A DNA stretch of 35,567 nucleotides from Guillardia theta CCMP2712 (lineage: Eukaryota; Protista; Cryptophyta): assembly GCF_000315625.1 (NCBI RefSeq), contig NW_005434436.1:23949-59515 (forward strand), given 5' to 3'. Made by a program: the position numbers and the translations under genes. How positions within the stretch are numbered: position 1 is the stretch's first letter; each line of letters begins with the position of its first letter. Below, piece after piece: positions 1-13,359 of the stretch. The notes beneath the pieces are model-generated. The model did not search any database, was not told the origin of the DNA, and worked only from the letters and a program-made list of their open reading frames with translations.

Positions 1-1427
1 GCCTCCCCCCCCCCTAGACCCCCTCTCCTTCCCCCTCCAGCTCCCTCCCCAAGCACTCACGAGTTCGACAGCGGAGTCCCGACCCGCTGGTGCTCCATCT
101 CGTCGAACTGACGCAACCTGATGGTACAGGCCTGTAGCAGCACTCAACTCCTTCCCTTCCTCCTCCCCTCGTCGACCCGATGAGCCCTTACCTTCTCTCC
201 TTGCCCGCGGAACGGTGCCACCTGCTGGCTCGGAGCAGCAGGAGGGAGCAGAGGGAACTTGTCGACGTCATGCCGGAGGGAGATCTGAGCGAGTTCACCT
301 GGAAGAGACAAAAGATCAGGGACAAAAGAAGGATCAGCAGGCTGTGGACAGCAGGACTGCAGAGCTCTGCTTACAGAATTCGTGCATGTGAGTCGGCGAG
401 CCTGGCGGGGTGACGATGTCCCAATCCCTCATCGACTACGTGAAGGACTTCAGCGTCGGTATGGAGGGGAGGCAAACAATGCACAGCGGACCTGCTGTCG
501 GAGCTCAGTGCTCCTGCGCTGGTACTGGTTTGTCGCGATGGCAACGGTGTCAGTCTTGGGCTTCATGCTTCCGACGAGTAAGTTCTCTCGCTCCTGTAGG
601 CCAGGATGTCAACACACCCGCACTGCAGAGCTCACAGCGATGATGTGAAGCTGCTGCAACGAGGAGAGAAGCATACAGTTGCAAAGAATTGGAACGCGAC
701 AAACAGCAACTCAGCCTCCAGCATTGCTTTCGCAAGCTGGAACAAACTAGAGCATCGAAGGGAGGGGCCAACACACACCAGGTCACTCTTGGACGCGAGC
801 CACTCTGCTTGTATCAACGGCTGCAGCAGCAACTCAGTTCTCAACATAACAGGCCCATGTCAAAAGACCTGTCCACTTTTTGGTCGGATGCCTTTCCCAG
901 TATACAAGCTCTGAACGGGAATTGTCAAGATACCTCTCCACCTACGTGCTGCACACAGATAACAGGAGCCACATAGCCAATCTGCCCCTCTCTAAGATGC
1001 GTTGATTGTGCACTCTCGTTCTGCCCCCTGCCTCCCCCCTCCCCTCTAAACCCATGGCCTGCCTTGCCTGTGCCCTCCGACCCCTCCCTCCAGCCAATCT
1101 CCGATATACTCGACCAGAGCTCGGCCCTGATGATTGCTCTTTTTCATCGCCATCTGATACTCATCTTCATCTTCATTGACTTGCCTACCCTCTGCATCTC
1201 CTCCTTCTCAGACCTCCTCCTCATCCCGTCGCATCGTTTCCTCTGTGGTACGCAAAGTTCTCTCCTCCTGTCCACAACCAGGTTCTGGTCCTCCTCATGC
1301 TTATGTCACTCTTCTTCTCATCGGAGTTGTCTCATACAACGCTCTCATCGTCATCCTTCCTTCTCCTCTCCTCCTCCTCCTCCTCCTCCTCTTCCTCTCG
1401 ACTCACCTCCACAATCTCCGATGCCAT
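1..1427 (-). CDS. Hypothetical multi-exon protein, 5' part; runs off the left edge of the window
   Basis: ATG at 1427 (MASEIVE) followed by a GTGAGT donor. Later minus-strand segments bounded by AG/GT read openly: VERYLDNSRSELVYWERHP, PLIQAEWLASKSDL, LAKAMLEAELLFVAFQFFAT, ERENLLVGSMKPKTDTVAIATNQYQRRSTELRQQ, ELAQISLRHDVDKFPLLPP, VASVRRDGAPAGRDSAVEL|GTGAGT. No family recognised and some phases are uncertain. Confidence 0.55.
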
Positions 1428-1509
1428 GGCGGAAATCGAAGGGGCAACCGTTATGACCGTAACAGTCCAATTTTGTTACAGAAATGAAACGTTCAATCTG
1501 CACTAATCA

Positions 1510-1975
1510 TTTCAATGACGAGGGCCGGGGGGGCGGCCCGGCCGCCCCGGGGAGCCTCCGACGCCGGACGCGCCGGGTGATCGATGACAGACCGTGCTTC
1601 CGAACTCCGAAGTTCCGAGGGCCGGCGCAGCAGTGCCGCCTGAGGGCCGGTCGAACCGTGCGGCGTGACCCTCGGGCCCGGGCCGGCGGCGCTGGGGCAT
1701 CACTGAGGGCCGCCCGGCCGCCGGGCGGGGGCCCCGGCCGGGCCCTGCCGGTGCGGCCGTTCCCGGGCCCGTCACGGTCACCCGGCGGTGGCGCATAGGG
1801 GGGCATGGTACTGCAGCCAGTGAGCCTGAAACCCGGGGCGCCCGGTGCCCGGCCGGGAATCCCGGGCCGGGCCGGGCCGGCGGCTGCCGCCGCCGGGCCC
1901 GCCGCCCCCGGTGGCCAGCCTGGGGCCAGTGCCACCGGGGCGCCCGGGACGGCAATGACCACCCGGTCAGGTTAC
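1510..1975. promoter_or_regulatory. GC/CCGG-rich island between divergent genes
   Basis: Very GC-rich, about 29 CCGG counted by eye. Lies ~80 bp upstream of the ATG at 1427 and upstream of the PRPP synthetase gene. Promoter role is inferred from position. Confidence 0.5.
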
Positions 1976-3404
1976 GGTATGCACGTGCAAGGACCCACCC
2001 CCTTTCCCCAATTTTCCACCACACCGGGTATTTCTAGTGCTATACTACCGGTACAAATTAATCTTTCACGAAGATGACCCCTCCTCCCCCAATTGCTTTG
2101 GAGTTGGCACCCCCATCCTCTGAGGACTACCGGTCTGCTGACCCATTTGAGTAAAATTAGTACCCGGAAAGATTTACCCCCGGTACCCTACCCCCTCGAT
2201 AAACACCGAGTACCCCTCACTCTTGGTAGAACTTTACCCGACCTCTGTCTACCTACCCCACCCCCCATTCCCAAATGCGTCCTTTTGGCACCCCCACCCT
2301 GAAAACTGGTACCCTACCATCCAATTTTTGGTACCCTACCGTACTCAAGAGCGAACAATTCCAGTCGTACTGGTAGTTTTTAGTCCAGGAAACTTATTCT
2401 TGAGGGGTACTTTGAACCACCTAATAGTCCACTACCCATGATCAAATGTACACTACCCCTAGTTTTGTTACCCCCACCCCCGTTCATCCCTTTCGCAAGC
2501 ATGCACGTTTCTGCCGCCACAGGAGATGGCAGCAATCGTTGAGGAGGCTCTCGCTCCATGCTCCTTCCCACTCCTCCTCCTCCCCTCCCTTCTCTTCGTG
2601 GCCCAATGTCCCATCATAACAAGAAACACCATCCATTCTTTGTGCTGCACCAGCTCCTCCTCGTCCCCCTACGTCTCTTCCACTCGATGCGGTCCCCGAT
2701 TCCTGTTTCTCCTGCCGCCCCTCATTCTGCTCACTGTTCCCTTGCTTTATCTCATCCTGCTAGTACCATGAAAAGAATGCCGTCAGATCCGCTCCCTCCT
2801 TGCTCTCTTCCTCGACCCCCAAGGGTCACGAACCGCAAAGTTGCTCTTCGCTATTCACTATAACTTTGCCAACCTTGTATGGTTGCACACAGCATTGTTC
2901 ATAAGTCTTTCTCATCCTCCGATTATGTTTCTTCATTTTTGTCTCTGTCCTCTTCTCCTGGCTAGCCCCAGTCTGCAACCGCCCCCTTCTGCTGTTGCGC
3001 CACTCCCTCCCACCGCCCCCTTTCCATTTTCTCCATGTTGTCCAATCGCTCAGCGTCTTTGGGGCACGAGAGCGCTGGGAATGACGGATATCCTAGTAGA
3101 CAGGACGAGGATAGGTGGGGGGGAGTGAATGTTGCAGTTGCTGCTCCCCCCATAGCTTTTGATCGTGCGGAGAGAGATGAGGCAGAGAAGAATTCGCGAG
3201 AGAGAGGATTGATGGGAGCTGGTGGAACTGTTGTTATGCGGTTGAGAGAGAGAAATACAACGAGCGTGAGGATAGATAGCAGGGTCCATCAACATCTAAG
3301 ACGGAGGAGTGAGGGTTGGTGCCTACGTCCTGTCGCGAGCTTCTCCCCACGTTCCTCTCGTGCTCTCTCGCTCTTAACCGCTCTGTGCAGGACTCACTCC
3401 TACC

Positions 3405-5608
3405 ATGTCTTCGACTAGTGGCCCATCCTCAGGCCCTCTGAGTACAACTGCGTACAAACTGTTTGCTGGAAGGTGAGACGACGTGTCGGGGATCCACACA
3501 GCAAGTGACATCTTGTGCCGCAGCGCAAACCCTGAGCTAGCTGAAAAAGTCTCCGAGGCCCTCGGAATCCCCTTGGGGAAGGTTATTGCTTGCAGCTCTG
3601 CTGGGAGATGAAGGAGCTGATGAACTTGCAGGCGACTGTCGGTCGTTTCAACGATGGCGAGTGTAACATCCAGCTCGGAGAGAACGTTAGAAACACCCAC
3701 GTCTTCCTGGTTCAGTCTACCTGCCCCCCGGTGAGGCGACTGGCTTGTGGAATTATGCTGTCTATCCTCTCTCTCTCTCTCTCTCTCTCCTTCTTGCTCG
3801 TCCTCCTCACTCCTCACTCCTCAATCCTCTTTGCTCCTCCCCTCTCCTTCGCCTCACTCGCCTCCTCCTCCTCCTCCATGCGCTGACTTGGAGTGGCTGC
3901 CAGGTCAATGACGCCATGATGGAGCTTTTCCTCATGGTCCGATGCTTCAGAAGGGCATCCGCCCGTACTGTCACAGCGATTGTTCCTTATTACGGATACG
4001 CAAGACAGGTTTGTCCTTATTTCCTTGTCATGATGCGTTAGCCGACTGACTTCCCTCAAGGATCGCAAGACGACTGCCCGCGTTCCCATCTCAGCGTCTG
4101 ACGTTGCGATGCTCTTGGAGGTATCCTGCTCGTCCCCTTGTCCTCTTGCTTGATCTGCACCCATCGTGCTGCTCTCTCGATGTTGGAAGCGTGTCCTGAC
4201 TCCTGCCTGCTCGCCGCAGGCTGCTGGTGTCGACCGCATGTTGTCTGTCGATCTGCATTGCGGACAGGTGGGCGGAGCCGTTTAACCGTTGCAGCTCGAT
4301 CGTGAGGCTCTCTGGTGCAGATTCAAGGCTTCTTTCATCATGCCCCTGTGGATAACCTGGTGAGCTCTGCGAGGAGAGGAGGAGAACTTCTGACGCCTCT
4401 GCCTGCGCCAGCACGCCTTCGTCGAGCACGTGCCCTTCATGGTCAAGGAGATCATTCCGAGTTACGGGGAGAACCCGATAGCGATCGTCTCCCCTGACGC
4501 GGGAGGTGAGGGAGGAGCGAGTGCGGGCTGGGCCGATGGCTCACGTGACATTCGCAGGTGTGGCAAGAGCCAAGATGTTCATGGAGGCAAGGCCTCGCCT
4601 TCAAGCGTGCATGCCTCCCTGACCTGCCCCGACAGGCGCTCACGTCGATGAACGTTCCCAACATCTCGCTGGCGATCACCATCAAGCATCGCGTCAAGGC
4701 GGGAGAGGTCGCGTTGTCCCTCCCAGCCCGAGCAGCGCTGACGATCTTGAGCAGGTGGAGGGCATGAACATCGTGGGAGAGATCAAAGGGAAGCACTGTA
4801 TCATCGTGGACGACATGATAGACACAGCAGGCACTCTCTGTAAAGTAAGGGATCTTGTTATCGCCCCTCTCCTCCTTGCTGACTGGCCCCTCTAGTCTGC
4901 AGACTCGCTGCGTGAGATGGGAGCTCTCTCGGTCTCTGCCTGCTGCACGCATGCTCTCTTCAGCGGTATCCTCCTCCTCCTCCTCCTCCCCGTGCTATCT
5001 CCTCCTCCTCCTCCTCCTCGCTCTCCTCACGTGTCTCCTCCCTCCTTCCTTATTTCTCCTCCTCCTCCTCACTCCTCCTCACTCCTCCGTGCCTGACGCT
5101 TCGTCTGAAGGTCCAGCGCTCGATCGCATCGGGAAGTCTTCGCTGAAGCACGTCATCGTAGCAGACACGATCCCCATCAGCAAAGGTGATGAGCTGAGTT
5201 TTGACTCGCCTTGCTCCCATGCTGGTCTTGACCGACTGCGAAGATGTGGAGGAGGGCTCCCCAGCTGCCTTTGCCTTGAAGGAGAAGATCAAGGTGATTC
5301 TATGACCTCCTCCTCCGTCCTCCTCCACTTGCTTCTCCTATTCGCAACGTCCTCCTCATCTGAATGTCCATCAGGTCGTCTCCTGCGCCAGACTCTTGGC
5401 TCAAGCCATCCTCTCAATCAACTGTGGAACCTCCGTGAGGTACAGCACGTCCTGATGGCCCCTCCCCTCGCTCCACCTCCTGCAAGCCTCCTCCTCCTCC
5501 TCCTCCTCCTCCTCCTCCTCCTCCTCGTGCTCCTCTTGCTCCTCCTCCATCAGCGGCTCATGGTTGTTCCTCAGCTCTCTCTTCGCTGTGTCGAAGACTC
5601 TGGGGTAG
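3405..5608 (+). CDS. PRS: Ribose-phosphate pyrophosphokinase (PRPP synthetase), ~16 exons
   Basis: Spliced translation gives the hallmark motifs [87 protein letters not shown] and DTIP, ending [15 protein letters not shown] (TAG 5606-5608). One GC donor near 4588. An upstream exon before 3391 is possible. Confidence 0.95.
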
Positions 5609-5780
5609 GCGCCTCCTGTCAACAAGTCGCTGGAACTCCCCAGCAGAGCCCCAGCAGACTTTCGTTGACTGTATTCTAAGAGAATTCTTTGCCTGGCATC
5701 TCCAGCCTCTTCCTCCTCCTCCTCCTCCTCCTCCTCCTTCTCCTCAGCGCTATATGCATTCTCCGCCACAACCATCATCG

Positions 5781-10189
<4,409 letters not shown>

Positions 10190-10482
10190 GGAGAGATCAG
10201 AGGCTGTCGTGTCAAGGTCACTGCTCAACAAGCATACTTGCAAGCTGAGGTTGGTCGACGACTTGACATGGGCGGCAAGAATGATGAAGGTTTTGGTAAT
10301 GGTGATGGGTGGTGGCAATGATGTTAATGGTGTTGATAGTGAAGGCAGAAATCACGATGAAGTTGCCTCAGAGGAAATGAAGCCTGATCGGCGAGGAGGA
10401 GGAGGAGGAGGGTTCACATGAGGAGGACAACAAAGAGGAGAAGGAAGAGGATTAGGACTAAGACTATGTCAACGATGGTGAT

Positions 10483-10562
10483 GATGTTGAGGTACGAGGC
10501 ACTAGTAGCCATGATATTCTTCATGATGTTTCATGGCTGCTAGTGCCTCGTACCTCAACATC
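10483..10562. repeat. 32-bp inverted repeat (hairpin) with a 16-nt loop
   Basis: 10483-10514 GATGTTGAGGTACGAGGCACTAGTAGCCATGA versus 10531-10562 TCATGGCTGCTAGTGCCTCGTACCTCAACATC: 31/32 complementary. Confidence 0.95.
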
Positions 10563-10639
10563 TTTACCTCGTTCCACATGACAGACCACATCATCGCATT
10601 TCGTACTAGCTAACTGATCCGGTGTCGTATGCCAATATC

Positions 10640-11350
10640 AGCTGAGTCAGGGCCTGGCCGCCGGGCCGCCGCCCGGGGGCCGGGGCGGCCCGGCCGGGCC
10701 GGCATCCCAGTCCGCATCAGTCACGGCTGAGTGCCGCGGCCGGGCCCCCGGTGACTCCGAGGCTCAGTTGATCACTCAGTCAACAAACTCACTGAGCCTG
10801 CTGCTGGGCTTGGGGCCACAGCAGTCACTGCGAAGCATCCTCACCAGGCCCGAGGCCGCGAAGTTCACTGAGTCAGTTTCGTAAGTTAGTCAAACTTCCG
10901 TTGACTTAAACTTGAATGAGTACTATATCGCGGCACCGTAGCACCGTCCGATCACAGGCTATACGGCGAGAGAAAACAAGTCTCTCAGACACCGGCGGTG
11001 CCCGGCACCGTCACGGGCCGGGCTGTGATCGGCAGGCTCGGACGGTGCCGCAGTGCCACGTGAGGCCGAACCTCATAGGCTGGGCCACGGCGTCACGGTC
11101 CGAGTTTTCTCTCCGAGTCACTGCGTATTCAAGTTTCAACTTTTTACTTTCAACGCGGCCGCTTAGTAGCTGTAGCCCGGTACGCCCGGTACTCACGCGG
11201 CGGCAGTACCGTACCGTCGGTACCGGCGACCGTGACTCGGAGGCTCCCGGAGTCCGAGTCTCCGGGCGGAGCCGGAGCCAGCCGCGCGGTTCAATTGAAA
11301 GGAAATCCCGTCGTCCGACGCCGAGCCGGGTAACGGAAACCGTTGGACCT
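10640..11350. promoter_or_regulatory. GC/CCGG-rich island with TGAGTCA/GAGTCA motifs between divergent genes
   Basis: CCGG-dense; TGAGTCA at 10643 and 10869; upstream of the ATG at 10189 (-) and the ATG at 13360 (+). Confidence 0.5.
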
Positions 11351-13359
11351 TGCTGAAGAGACTTGAAGTTCCCCCGCCGCAGGGGTGCTCTCAAATTAAA
11401 TCGTTTTTGACCTTTTAAAACTGTTTTTGACTCTTCCGACGAAGTTCACGGGGACTCCGGGTTTCTACCGGTGCTTTCCGCTTCATCTGACAGGCTTGCT
11501 GAGGGGTAGGGGTCGCCGGGGCAAAGCCAACCCGGTCATCGCTGAGGACTCCCGGAGGGTCTGGCGGGGCTCTCATTTGGAGGGGTGCCTCGCTGGGGTT
11601 GATGGGGTCCGCTTACTAAGAGTGGGCGGGGTGGGTACGGTGCGGTTCGGAGTCCCTCTGTTTGACTTGTAAGGTACCCCCCGCCTCCCTACAGGTGACC
11701 CCCAGGGTCCCCCCGCCGGGGCTGACCAGGGGTCCCCGGCCCCCGTCACGCGGCCTTCCGCCGCCGAAGGCTTTCACAAAAGTAAGTGGTGGCCCTTGGG
11801 GGCAATCAGTCACGGTAGTACCAGCAGCAGCCCTCGTGCTACCTTTTCGGTACAAATTCAAGTAATAACATTATTCGATGCCTTCGTTCTAGTATGTCCA
11901 CAAAAATTGTATACTTCAAAGTAGTGTTCACTCTTGTACCATTTCAATCATTTTGTACTTGTAATTCATGTCATATCTCAGCTTTTGATAGTGAATTTCA
12001 GTACCTTTCCTACTTATCAGTACCGATCCCGATCGCGGCGTAAGATAGCCGGTACAGCCTGTGAACCCTACAAGTAGCCCTGGGGGTGGGGGTCCATAAA
12101 TCTTATTACTCACTTATGCCAAGGCGGGCTGAATGAAGTCCTGCATTTAAAAGTTTTAAAAGCAGCTAAAAAGAGCAGGGGTGGGGTGGGTCCCACACCA
12201 TGGGACTCTTGGAGACCAGCATGCGACTATGCCCCGGATGGATACGAGTGGGTGGGGTAGTGTGGAACACCTCCGATGGTCACCCCTTGAGCACTCATGA
12301 ATACCGGTAGTATCCGGACAGATTTTACGAGGGTACCCTCACCGGTATCGTACCGTAGTACCGCGGTACGGGTTGCGCCCCGGGTGACAGGGGTCAGCAC
12401 TGACCCAGGAAGGAGGGGGTGGTCTGAGATTCCGGACAGCTGGATGCCTACTACGGTGTAGTATGAGATATGATCACGGCACGGGTTATCTCTAGTGGGC
12501 TACAGGGGGTCCAGGGGTCATCGAACCACCCCACCACCTCCGATGCCAGGAACTCAGCCCTGAAGAGATGTAGCAAGCATGATCACCTGCGCAAAAGAGC
12601 CTGTGATGTCCTGGAGTACAAGGGGTAGGGTGGTTCGGAACTACCGGGGGTATGGGAGACAATTATATAGTGGGTAGGGTCGTCCGCAGTTTAAAAAAGA
12701 ATGGTTCGGGCCACATGCTGTAGCCGTTGGTGGCGTCGGCCGGCAGTTAAGATCGACCGACATGGGTGGGGTCCTTGACAGGGATGTAAGGGGGTAAAAA
12801 TTGGAAAAGGAAGGGGTAGGGTGTATGAAATGGTGGGGTGGATAGAGTGGAGGATTCAAATCAAGGCAACAGGTCCCCGCCAACTGACATGGCGGCGGAG
12901 TGGCACATTGCGGGTGGGGGTAGTTTGAGACCAGAAACGCCTCAAAGATGTGGGTACTTGTCGGTAAATTACTGGGTGGGGGTCAAAGATGGAGGAGACA
13001 CAGGGGGTAGGGTGCAGCAGGGAGGGGCAGGTCACCAGGGCCTATCCCAATCCGTTCGCCACAACTGACAGAAGATGGCAAATTCTGGAACAGCACCTCC
13101 TGTTCTATGAGCTCTAGCAGCGCTGCTTGTTGTAGGGGTATGATAGTTTGCGCACATAGTTTACAATTGCTTTTGCTCCTCGCTCCATCTTGCTACGTCT
13201 CCAACTTTTTTCCTTGGACCGTTTCGGCTTCATCCAGTTGCATGCGTAGAATTTTGAATGTCCTTGTGGCTCTAGTTCAAGCTCAGTTTAGCAATAGTTC
13301 AGTTTGCAAAAGCGCAAAGATAGTCCAAGATGACAGTAACTGACCGACTGTTGCTGCAG

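Noticed and set aside
180-976. Plus-strand short ORFs as a gene
   Set aside because: Splice signals and coherent exons are on the minus strand; the plus ORFs are antisense shadows.
1484-2077. Pro/Gly/Arg/Ala-rich ORFs on both strands
   Set aside because: A by-product of stop-poor GC-rich island sequence, open in several frames with no domain. The same applies at 10916-11394, 23495-24164 and 27497-27892.
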